Shown here: in pieces, positions 55,680-64,000 of the stretch
Layout of the letters: the number at the start of each line of letters is the position of its first letter
How positions within the stretch are numbered: position 1 is the stretch's first letter
From: Bdellovibrionota bacterium
GTDB taxonomy: Bacteria; Bdellovibrionota_C; UBA2361; CALJRW01
Reading direction: 5' to 3'
DNA: 64,000 nucleotides
NCBI GenBank assembly: GCA_041740355.1
Contig: JBGSMD010000046.1
Coordinates: 102,546-166,545 of the forward strand
The notes under the pieces: generated by a model
What the model saw: only the letters and a program-made list of their open reading frames with translations
What the model was told of the DNA's origin: nothing
Databases searched by the model: none
Program-made: the position numbers and the translations under genes

Positions 55680-57476
55680 ATGGAGGAAATAGCAATGTCA
55701 GTACTGGGAGATGAAGTCGATGTTATGTTGGAAATTACTAATCGGACTGTGCCGGAGAATACTAGTTTGCCAGCTCCAACTACAACGAAGGATATTGCCG
55801 GAGTTGGTGCTAAGTTAATAAAGGGCATCAACTTAAAAGTTACCATGGCTCAGATTACAACCGACCCTGGTTGCTTTGAGGCAAATACCAAAAAGATTAT
55901 TGATCAAATTGGAATAGCCAGAGATGCAGGATCTAACTTAATTGTTTTTCCTGAATTAGTTTTGCCTGGTTATGCTCATTTAGATTTGGTGAAGAACCCA
56001 GACTTTGTCCAGTTAAACCTTGATCATCTACAACAGATTTGTAAACAGTGTCACGGTATTACTGCTTTAGTTGGTTTTATTGAGCCTGATTCAGATAAGA
56101 TCGGACCAGATGGCACTCAAATTCTTTATAACTCCGTTGCTGTAATTCAAAACGGCGAAGTAGTCGAAGTTATCCGTAAACAATTACTCCCTACATACGA
56201 TATTTTTGATGAAAAAAGATATTACACTCCTGGTGGAACTTCTAAGTTAGTAGAGATTGATGGAGTCAAGGTTGGAGTTGGAGTTTGTGAAGATCTTTGG
56301 GATAAGGGATATGAGACAAAAGTTTATCAAGGATTAATAGATCAAGGAGCAGAACTCCTAGTTAATCTCTCAGCCTCACCTTTTGAGCCGGGTAAAGTCC
56401 AAAAACGTGCGGAACTAATCGAGCATCTTTTGCAAGATCGGGAAATTCCTTTTCTTTATAATAATCTAGTCGGAGCTTTTGATTCTTATCATGGGGAAAT
56501 CCCATTTGATGGGCAGAGCATTGCTAGAGGAAGTAATGGAAAATATTATCAAACAGGACAATTCGGCAAAGAAGAATCATATCAAGTTGATTTAAGTAAA
56601 CCGGCAAGTCTTGTACTTGAGCCAGCTCAAGAAATACATGAAGTGTTTGATGCTTTAGTTTTAGGAACTAGAGAATATTTCCGCAGATCGGGAATGAAGC
56701 ATGCCTACATTCCTGTTAGTGGTGGGATTGATTCAGCAGTCGGATTAATAATTGCAACAGAAGCGCTAGGTGCTGAGAATGTAACTGCAGTCACCATGCC
56801 TTCACATGTAACTTCAGATGAAACTTTGGATGATGCCATAACCTTAGCCAATAATTTAGGAGTAAAAATCGATGTGCGTCCAATTGCTCAACTCTATCAA
56901 GATTGGCTCACGGGTTTTCGTGAAGCAAACGGACACGAGCCAGAAAATTTAACAAAACAAAATGTTCAGGCAAGATTTCGTGGAATCATTATCATGGAAT
57001 ACACTAATGAAGATCGAACTGGCTTAGTAATAAGTTGTGGAAATAAAACAGAAACTGCTCTTGGGTACTGCACTATGTATGGAGATATGTGTGGTGGACT
57101 TGCTGTGATTAGCGATCTTAATAAGCTAAGAGTTTACGAGGTAGCTAAGTTTTATAATTTATTAAAGCGAAAGGAAATTGTTCCAGAGACAACTATTGTT
57201 CGTTTACCATCAGCAGAATTAGAAGTTGGTCAAACTGACGTACAAAATCTGCCTGCTGATTATGATGTTTTATCTCCATTAGTTGATGATATTATCGATC
57301 GTCAATTAACCAGAGGAGAACTTCATCAAAAATATCAGCCAGAGGTAGTAGACGGAACTCTACGTTTAATTAAGATTAATGAATTTAAACGTCGGCAAGC
57401 AGCACCTGGAATTCGAGTGACACCCAAAGCTTTTGGTTTTGGTCGCAGAATTCCGATTAGTCATGGGATGTATTAA
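55680..57476 (+). CDS. nadE: Glutamine-dependent NAD+ synthetase
   Basis: Nitrilase domain (VFPEL, KQLLPTYDIFDEKRY, VCEDLW); synthetase SGGIDSAV, QNVQAR, GNKTE..LGYCTMYGD, PSAEL, NEFKRRQA. Start probably ATG 55695 after GGAGGA. Confidence 0.96.
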   Translation: MEEIAMSVLGDEVDVMLEITNRTVPENTSLPAPTTTKDIAGVGAKLIKGINLKVTMAQITTDPGCFEANTKKIIDQIGIARDAGSNLIVFPELVLPGYAHLDLVKNPDFVQLNLDHLQQICKQCHGITALVGFIEPDSDKIGPDGTQILYNSVAVIQNGEVVEVIRKQLLPTYDIFDEKRYYTPGGTSKLVEIDGVKVGVGVCEDLWDKGYETKVYQGLIDQGAELLVNLSASPFEPGKVQKRAELIEHLLQDREIPFLYNNLVGAFDSYHGEIPFDGQSIARGSNGKYYQTGQFGKEESYQVDLSKPASLVLEPAQEIHEVFDALVLGTREYFRRSGMKHAYIPVSGGIDSAVGLIIATEALGAENVTAVTMPSHVTSDETLDDAITLANNLGVKIDVRPIAQLYQDWLTGFREANGHEPENLTKQNVQARFRGIIIMEYTNEDRTGLVISCGNKTETALGYCTMYGDMCGGLAVISDLNKLRVYEVAKFYNLLKRKEIVPETTIVRLPSAELEVGQTDVQNLPADYDVLSPLVDDIIDRQLTRGELHQKYQPEVVDGTLRLIKINEFKRRQAAPGIRVTPKAFGFGRRIPISHGMY

Positions 57477-58261
57477 TGTTAATTCTATTACTCACAACTT
57501 TAATCTGGGCGGCATTTGATGCTTATCGCAAGATGCTAGGAAAGATTTTTTCTATTCCTAGTATCTTGTTTTACACATTTTTGAGTCAGACAATTGTCTT
57601 TGCATTCCTATTCCAATCACTTGAGTGGCCACTTAATTACTTACCTTTATTAATTGCTTCTGGTCTAGTTCAGGCCCTGGGAAGTTATTATTTTATTTTA
57701 GCTCTGACAAACAATCGTTTCTCAGATGTTATTCCGCTATTAGGGCTCTCACCATTTATTACTGTCCTTACTGATTTTTGTTTTGGCATCTCACCAAGCT
57801 CAAATTTTTTAGTTGGAATGTTATTAATTGTTCTGGGAATGATTTTGCTAGTTCGTAAAAAATCTTTTCCAATGATTTATGCTGCTGTTTTTTGGGGAAT
57901 AGGAGTGGCTCTAGATCATCAAGCATTAAAATATATTCCTTTGGCGACTCATGGACTATTAATCTCAATAATTATTCTAACTATGATTAGCCTAGTATTT
58001 TTCAGAGAAATAACTGGCACTTTTAGTTTTAAGTTTAGCAAAGAAATTTTAATTATTTTTAGTTTAGGTTCAATTGCTTACTTAGCAGAATTATATTGCT
58101 TGCAAACATTTACCTCCGGGTACTTTGCGGTTTTAAATAAAGGAATCTGTTTTTTAATTAGCATGTTGATTGGAGCGTTTGTCTTTAAGGAAAGAATTTA
58201 TCGAACGCAAGCATTCTCAGTGATCAGTATTTGTTTGGGAACATTAGTTATTGCTAGTTAA
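57476..58261 (+). CDS. EamA/DMT-family transporter
   Basis: About 10 TMs in two repeats, FVFKER motif; TAATG overlap with the nadE stop. Confidence 0.8.
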   Translation: MLILLLTTLIWAAFDAYRKMLGKIFSIPSILFYTFLSQTIVFAFLFQSLEWPLNYLPLLIASGLVQALGSYYFILALTNNRFSDVIPLLGLSPFITVLTDFCFGISPSSNFLVGMLLIVLGMILLVRKKSFPMIYAAVFWGIGVALDHQALKYIPLATHGLLISIIILTMISLVFFREITGTFSFKFSKEILIIFSLGSIAYLAELYCLQTFTSGYFAVLNKGICFLISMLIGAFVFKERIYRTQAFSVISICLGTLVIAS

Positions 58262-58609
58262 ATTATTAAGTTTGATCTTTCTAAGTATATTGGAACGAGT
58301 GCTCTTAATAATTGCATAGTTCTTATTTAAGAGAGGAAGTTGTGATAAGTTGTAAAAACTCAAATATGTCGAGTAGAATTGTTAGTTCGTTTTCCACTGT
58401 TAACTCACTAAAATCATTCAGGATAATTCCGTTTTCAAGCTCTCTCCAATTACAATTTAGATTATCATTTCAAAAGATAATCCTAAGTAATTACAGCCTA
58501 CTAACCGAGATCTTACCCCAAGAATTAAATTTATTAAGAATTAATCAATTGTCTTTGAATGGGAATAATTTGTTTCCTTTAAATTCAGTTTTCAATAACT
58601 AAATATTTT

Positions 58610-59593
58610 ATGGGACCTGAACTACCAAAGGGAGCCTTAACACTTGAAGATCTAACGGGTGCTAGTTTTACTAGTGGTGGTCGAGAGTTGCCGTCAGATA
58701 CTAACATCAATTTTACAGGCTCAAATGGAGCGACAGTTACGGCACCTGGATTTAAAGGACAGGTTTCATTGCGTCAGTTCTTAACTTCTAGAGATGCGAT
58801 GGAGTTAGTATGGAAAAATGAAACCGAGCGTTCTGAAAAATTAATTTTTGAATTTGCACAGAGAGGAGTTCCGGAGCAAGTAATTAGATGGACTGGTTGG
58901 TCAGCACGCATTGGCGAGTTTCAAGAAAAACTACCAGAAGTTTTAAATGCCTTTGTTGGCGTAAAGGGTTTTCATATGTTTGGTGGAACTCAGGTTCACG
59001 ATCTAGAAACTGGAAAAGTGAGAGCAACTATCTGCGATCTGCCTTTAGCCTTAAAGCGAAACGATCAAGATTTAATTTTAATTGGTATTATACCTAAAGT
59101 AGATCTTTCTACGCGCTATGTCCAAGATATCGGCTTATTACTAGAAGTAAAAGATCATTCATCACCTGAATTAAAAGATGGACATTTTACGCGGATAAAT
59201 CCAGATCTTAATATTGGTATTTTGATGCAACCAGATACCAATGGAAAATTCACCTGGCTTGATGAAGCTAGAGAAAGCTTAAGGCTTTGTGCCAATTTAG
59301 CTCAAAAATCATGGAAAACAAATTTAGTAGTTTTTGGCGGCACTGTTTCCACCCAAGCCTTTAGTCTTTGGACTGTAGAGCAGGAAGTTGTGGATTGGAG
59401 TATCGCTGCTAGGAAAGACGAAAAGGATCAAACTAGAATTATCCTAATCAAAGGTAGTGGCGGTGTCGCCGACAAATTTGCAAATGACGCGAAATGGCTG
59501 AGTGAGAATCCTTGTGCTGTTGTGGTGGACCTTGACCAGAAGTCAATTCGCGATGCAATTAACAAGCTAGGTTTAGTCACTGACTGGACATAG
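58610..59593 (+). CDS. SLOG-superfamily protein (TRPM/LSDAT-like, divergent)
   Basis: IRWTG, MFGGT, LIGIIP, VVFGG and ILIKGSGGVADKFA occur in the LSDAT motif order. Confidence 0.6.
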   Translation: MGPELPKGALTLEDLTGASFTSGGRELPSDTNINFTGSNGATVTAPGFKGQVSLRQFLTSRDAMELVWKNETERSEKLIFEFAQRGVPEQVIRWTGWSARIGEFQEKLPEVLNAFVGVKGFHMFGGTQVHDLETGKVRATICDLPLALKRNDQDLILIGIIPKVDLSTRYVQDIGLLLEVKDHSSPELKDGHFTRINPDLNIGILMQPDTNGKFTWLDEARESLRLCANLAQKSWKTNLVVFGGTVSTQAFSLWTVEQEVVDWSIAARKDEKDQTRIILIKGSGGVADKFANDAKWLSENPCAVVVDLDQKSIRDAINKLGLVTDWT

Positions 59594-59667
59594 CAATGTG
59601 AGCCCTCAAATTAGATAAGTTAAATTATTAACGATCTATTTGGGGATCTCTAATCATGTTTTAAGCT

Positions 59668-59728
59668 ATGCAAACTTGGATACTTGTCCGCCGTAGCTTT
59701 AGCGAAGGTGGGAAACCAAGATTTGCAT
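59668..59728 (+). repeat. REP-like GC-rich palindrome within a longer hairpin
   Basis: ATGCAAACTTGG...CCGCCGTAGCTTTAGCGAAGGTGG...CCAAGATTTGCAT. Confidence 0.55.
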
Positions 59729-59771
59729 TAGCCGTAATGACTCTATTCAATTTACTTATGTAAATTACTTT

Positions 59772-60782
59772 TTGTCATTACTTTTAAAAAGGAAAAAAAT
59801 GAGCGCAGGAATGGATAGTGGACCAAAGGTTTTAGAAGGTTTAGCAGCAGGTGCTTTGGGAGCATTACCAAAACCACCAACGGTCTTTCAGCTTCCTCCA
59901 GACTCTGAATTGGCGTTTGCAGATATTGTTAAAAGACCCTTGGTAATTCCGAGACTTGAAAAGCATTCGTATCTTGATGTTGTAAGTCCTTCTGACTATG
60001 CCGCAGCTACTGATGCCTTGCTTACTCTAGGAAAACAAGCACCCGCAAATGTTATTATTCGATTTGCTGGTGGGTGTAAGGGGTTTGAGCCAAAGGATGT
60101 TGATGAGCTAATGAAGTTTTTACTCAAAGGATTTGTGTCATCAGATGGTTTAAGACACTTCCAAGGGTCTGTTGGCTCTGGTGGAACGCAAGACTTTAAC
60201 AAAGATGGGATTGAATCTGTCATGATCACACAAGTTCCGATTGTCTTTGCTAAAATTTTTGATGCTGTTGCCTGGGGCTCTACTCCACAAACTCATCGAT
60301 TGAGAATTAGTGAAGAAGGAGGTGTGCTTGTTTCAAAGTATGGCGCGCAGTTAGATGCCAGGGGACATTTAAATATTGTTACTCATGAAAGTGCCTATGG
60401 AAATCAAGGTTGGAATGGTGATGTTCGTTGGTACTTGAGTGCAATGGCGAAAATGATCAACGAAGGGCACAAGGGCGGTGTTCCTGTTGTAAATGGTGGT
60501 GATGTTACTTTGGATGAAGCTTTGTTGGCTCTCAGTTTGAAGATTCCAGTTATTCTTGTTGATGGAACAGGAAGAGCAGCGGAGCAGTTAGTTAAAGCTT
60601 CACAGGATGGTCAAATTAGAGAGCTATACAACAACGATACCTTAGCGCGAGGGACGTTACGTTCTACAGATCCAATTCCAACACAAGCGGATCTAGATCG
60701 ACTATTGAGTATTGTTCATATTAAGGATCCTGCTGGCTTATCTGTTGTGACAGACAGATTAGGACTGTTAACGGCGGCATAG
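59772..60782 (+). CDS. SLOG-superfamily protein (TRPM/LSDAT-like)
   Basis: IIRFAGGC, GSGGT, VVNGGDVTLDEALLALSLKIPVILVDGTGRAAEQL. Start probably ATG 59799. Confidence 0.75.
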   Translation: MSLLLKRKKMSAGMDSGPKVLEGLAAGALGALPKPPTVFQLPPDSELAFADIVKRPLVIPRLEKHSYLDVVSPSDYAAATDALLTLGKQAPANVIIRFAGGCKGFEPKDVDELMKFLLKGFVSSDGLRHFQGSVGSGGTQDFNKDGIESVMITQVPIVFAKIFDAVAWGSTPQTHRLRISEEGGVLVSKYGAQLDARGHLNIVTHESAYGNQGWNGDVRWYLSAMAKMINEGHKGGVPVVNGGDVTLDEALLALSLKIPVILVDGTGRAAEQLVKASQDGQIRELYNNDTLARGTLRSTDPIPTQADLDRLLSIVHIKDPAGLSVVTDRLGLLTAA

Positions 60783-60842
60783 CAGTTTCCAAATGTCATC
60801 TTTTAGAAAACGTAGATAGTACTGAGACTCTCACTAGGGTCT

Positions 60843-60888
60843 GGTGGAGGTTGAGATTTTCAGCCTCCACCTAATAGCTTTTATTTTA
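60843..60888 (+). terminator. Intrinsic terminator after the SLOG pair
   Basis: GGTGGAGGTTGA-GATTT-TCAGCCTCCACC hairpin followed by a T-rich tract. Confidence 0.65.
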
Positions 60889-60969
60889 TCATGTTAAGAA
60901 ATCCTAATTTGATCAAAGAACGAAATATTAAAAAACTTCTGTTACACGTCCATAATATCGCTTGGTTCA

Positions 60970-61118
60970 ATATAGAAAGTCCCAAAAGTAATTTACGTAA
61001 GGAAATTACTTTTGGGAGCTTTATATCCCCCGGAGGGATAATAAAATCATATAGTTATTTCAAAAAAACAACTTGTTCAATTCAAATTATACGTAATTTA
61101 TTTTTTGGAATAACTATA
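60970..61118 (-). repeat. 149-bp three-hairpin dispersed repeat, copy 3 (inverted)
   Basis: Reverse complement aligns end to end with copies 1 and 2. Confidence 0.9.
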
Positions 61119-61203
61119 AATAAAGTTGTGTGGCACAGGATTGAAATTGAATTGAATGCTACTCAATACTTGTATTAATACTGAGAAGGCCTAAATTGAA
61201 AAT

Positions 61204-61419
61204 ATGAAAATCAAAGTAGCTATTAAAACTAATGCCAAGCAAGAAGTTGTTCAGGAGTTAGAGGATGGGAGTTTTCTCGTTAAGGTGAATGCCAGTCCTG
61301 TGGAAGGTAAAGCAAATAAGCGTGCCATTGAATTATTAGCAGACTATTTCGATCGACCCAAAACTTCAATTGCTCTTGTCGGTGGTCAAAAAAGTAAAAA
61401 TAAGATTTTCGAAATTTGA
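61204..61419 (+). CDS. DUF167 (YggU/UPF0235) protein
   Basis: VKVNASPVEGKANK..LADYF..GQKSKNK. Confidence 0.9.
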   Translation: MKIKVAIKTNAKQEVVQELEDGSFLVKVNASPVEGKANKRAIELLADYFDRPKTSIALVGGQKSKNKIFEI

Positions 61420-61722
61420 AGATTGAAATTATTTTTCGTCAGGCGTTAGGCTATCAATAAGCTTTTCACTAATATCCCCCGAGATGATCCGAACGTGTTC
61501 CTGAATGCCCATCATTAATCTCGTCTCTAAGCCCGCATTGACAGGAGATATCTCAATTCCAAATCTTAATAAATCTGCTTGTCGGCAAAGGTCTCTAACC
61601 TAAATTTATTTTTTCTTGATTGCTAAGCAAAATTTATTTTATTTATATTCCCTAAAAGTAATTCTAGCGTTTGATTAACAGAAATAATGAAAATTTTTAC
61701 TACTTCTAAGTAGTTAATAGGT

Positions 61723-62727
61723 CTATGATTTTTTCAGTGAAATGTTATGATTGTTTTTTAAATAATCTTGGTGTGGAAAAAGATCAAATTTTAGATCCTT
61801 AAATTTCGGAATTGCTTTGATGCTCTGAATTTGATTGCCAAAGTTACTGTAAATCTTTTGTGTTAAATTCATAACTTGTTCGGCAAGCTCAACTTCCACG
61901 TTAAACTCATAGTCCCAGTTTCCTAAGCATTCATAAAAAGCTGTAATTGTTTGCTCGCCCTGTGCAAATTCTAGTAATTGTTGACGAAGGCTGGCATCAA
62001 TTCCTTTAGCGAATAATAATAATTTGTAAGATTGCAGGCCGAACTTCTCCGAAGCTACGCTATAAACATAACCAGAGATGACTCCTTTTTCTTCCATTTT
62101 CTTAATGCGCAATTCAAAAGTCGAAAGTGGAACATCAAGTTCGGCTGCCATTTGCCTCCTAGAAGCGCTTCCGGCACGAGCCATGATCGATAGGATTTTT
62201 TCATCAAGTTGATCGATCGTAATACTATTAGCAATTTTTTCAATGCTGAGCTTTTGATCTTTTTTAAAGTTAGATCCTAAATATTTTCTAGGTAAGAAAG
62301 TGGCAGAGAATTGAGCAGATATAGTTTTCTGAAAAAAAACATTACCAGTTTTTTTTGTCATCGAGTAAAGAAGTTCATGGACATCATGAATGCTCTTGGC
62401 GCAAATCCCTAAACAGTATTGATACTCCGATCCCATTTCAGCAACCCATAAGATTTCTGAAGTTGCTTGTAATTCTTTCATTAAAGATTGTTTAGTCTTG
62501 GCACTTTCCGACATGATTGAAAAGAAAATGTTGTACATCGTGTACCCCAAGGCAGTGACATTGATAAAGGGCATCATTTGAATAATTTGCTTGTCTTCCA
62601 GGGATTTTAATGAATAACGAATTGAGTGTTCGCGAAGTTTGGTGGCTTTACGAATTTTTTCAATTGGAAGATCTGCTTGTAGCTCGACACATTGCAATAC
62701 CCGACGATCTTTATCTGATAGTTTCAT
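61723..62727 (-). CDS. Tandem-domain Lrp/AsnC-family transcriptional regulator
   Basis: Two wHTH + RAM units (LSDKDRRVL.. / IDQLDEKIL..RIKKMEEKGVISGY..LGNWDYEF). Confidence 0.85.
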   Translation of the reverse strand: MKLSDKDRRVLQCVELQADLPIEKIRKATKLREHSIRYSLKSLEDKQIIQMMPFINVTALGYTMYNIFFSIMSESAKTKQSLMKELQATSEILWVAEMGSEYQYCLGICAKSIHDVHELLYSMTKKTGNVFFQKTISAQFSATFLPRKYLGSNFKKDQKLSIEKIANSITIDQLDEKILSIMARAGSASRRQMAAELDVPLSTFELRIKKMEEKGVISGYVYSVASEKFGLQSYKLLLFAKGIDASLRQQLLEFAQGEQTITAFYECLGNWDYEFNVEVELAEQVMNLTQKIYSNFGNQIQSIKAIPKFKDLKFDLFPHQDYLKNNHNISLKKS

Positions 62728-62837
62728 ATTTATTATAAATTAGCATGTAAACTGTTAATTCTAACAATTAATAGCATAGTTTTATTAAAATTGCCAAACT
62801 CTAAATTAAGTTAACGGACTTGATTTGGAGAATAAAT

Positions 62838-64000
62838 ATGGAAGCAGGAAAAGAAGGGATTGGAAATAACGGATTAGCTGGGGCATCTTTTACACCGGTA
62901 ATAGAAAAGGCTGTGGTGCAAATTCCAGTTCATAGTCGAGAGGCAATTGAGCTCTATAAGAAACACTTGCCGCTCACACATGAAATGTATGCCGATAAAT
63001 ATTTTTTAAGAACTGCCGAGATTTTAAAAGCTGAAGGATTAAATCCCTGGGTTAAGGCTCAGGTCTTTGTACGACAAGGACCAGGAGAGGTTGCTGGAGT
63101 TCACGAAGCAATTGCCGTCATTGAGAATTATAGCAAGCTCAGAGAACATGGTGGAGTAATAAAAGCTGTTGCCGAAGGTTCCACTTACAAAGCTAAAGAT
63201 GCCTTAATTACTTTAGAGGGTCCAATTCAGGATATGGTTGAACTTGAGACAATGTACCTAGGAGTTTTAACAAAGCAAATTACAAAAGTTAATGATGGAG
63301 TTGGGCAAGTAGATTTAAAGCAGGCCGAAGAGCGCATGAGAAAAGTAGTGGAAGCAGCAGGGGGTCGCCCCGTATCATATTTTGGTGCCAGACATTGGCA
63401 TTACGGAGAGGACAGAGCTATTAGTTATGCGGCGCACTTAGCTGGAGCAAAAAGTTGTTCCACTGATTTTGGAGCATCTGCTTTTGATAGTTTAGGTGTT
63501 GGAACAATCCCTCATGCTTTAGAAAACATCTATGCTTGGAAATATGGAAAAGTGAATGCTGTAGTAGAAGCAACAAAAGCATTTGATCGAGTAATTGATC
63601 CAGCAGTGCCAAGAATTGCCCTAATTGATTATAACAATAAAGAGATTACTGATTCTATTGCAGTAGCCAAAGCACTTGGTAATAGATTAGAAGCAGTACG
63701 TGTTGATACTTGTGGTGAGAATGTGGCGCAAGGAGGCCTTACCGGACCGGACGATCCAGCAGCACAAGCTTGGAGAGCAAAGGGTTTAAAGCTTCCGGCA
63801 AAATCAGATCCGGATGCTAAGTATTGGTATGGAACAGGAGTTACGGTCACTGGCGTATACGCTTTACGAACAGCACTTGATGCAGCAGGCTATACTAATG
63901 TTAAGATTATTTTGACTAGTGGCTTTGGATCTGTAGATAAAGTGAATGCCTTTGTAAAAGCGGAAGAAGCTTTAAAAGTGAGACTTTTCGATAGCTTAGG
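62838..64000 (+). CDS. pncB: Nicotinate phosphoribosyltransferase (archaeal/NadC-like type), 3'-truncated; not in ORF track
   Basis: Hand translation from ATG 62838 (SD GGAG): YADKYFLRT, ELETMYLG, FGARHWH, GTIPHAL, ALIDYNN, AVRVDT, VKIILTSGF. Frame stays open to the window end. Confidence 0.85.
   Translation, partial: MEAGKEGIGNNGLAGASFTPVIEKAVVQIPVHSREAIELYKKHLPLTHEMYADKYFLRTAEILKAEGLNPWVKAQVFVRQGPGEVAGVHEAIAVIENYSKLREHGGVIKAVAEGSTYKAKDALITLEGPIQDMVELETMYLGVLTKQITKVNDGVGQVDLKQAEERMRKVVEAAGGRPVSYFGARHWHYGEDRAISYAAHLAGAKSCSTDFGASAFDSLGVGTIPHALENIYAWKYGKVNAVVEATKAFDRVIDPAVPRIALIDYNNKEITDSIAVAKALGNRLEAVRVDTCGENVAQGGLTGPDDPAAQAWRAKGLKLPAKSDPDAKYWYGTGVTVTGVYALRTALDAAGYTNVKIILTSGFGSVDKVNAFVKAEEALKVRLFDSL

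Noticed and set aside
55470-55690. Possible NAD-sensing riboswitch before nadE (hairpin GCTGATGT-GCT-ACATCAGC, 55542-55560)
   Set aside because: A single 8-bp stem with no resemblance I can support to known NAD+ riboswitch classes; an Rfam search would be needed.
58312-58602. 96-aa ORF upstream of the first SLOG gene
   Set aside because: Non-ATG start, low-complexity S/L/N composition, no SD; more likely promoter DNA.
60891-61178. 95-aa ORF in the track
   Set aside because: Lies across inverted copy 3 of the 149-bp repeat; no protein features; most likely spurious.
63421-63850. Two minus-strand ORFs near the window end
   Set aside because: Antisense to the pncB frame that starts at 62838.

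Overview
AT-rich bacterial chromosomal window with no rRNA, tRNA, CRISPR array or transposase that I could recognise. Housekeeping genes (hemW 3' part, prfC, topA, a split cytochrome c maturation system ccmEFAB ... ccmCD, engB, glpK/glpD) are interspersed with three accessory modules. (1) An inorganic-carbon uptake operon (SulP + DabA + DabB + an extra NuoM-like subunit) preceded by a membrane-targeted leader ORF ending in the ribosome-arrest motif RAPP; its 3' end can pair with the sulP 5' region. (2) A secreted Lys-Cys-repeat peptide (HvfA/EGKCG-like) with DoxX and a Tat-exported GMC flavo-dehydrogenase pair, but no local DUF692/MNIO enzyme. A divergent ECF sigma/anti-sigma pair has an apparent target promoter that can be read twice in the sequence. 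(3) A ~14-kb NAD salvage/NADPH cluster (pncA, gapN, NAD kinase, nadE, EamA transporter, pncB, Lrp-type regulator) containing two tandem TRPM-type SLOG proteins and an 800-aa orphan. A 149-bp three-hairpin element with compensatory base changes occurs three times, and a larger related structured tract lies at ~48.3-48.6 kb. ccmD and the partial pncB are missing from the supplied ORF track and were translated by hand. All family calls come from motif recognition by eye, not database searches.
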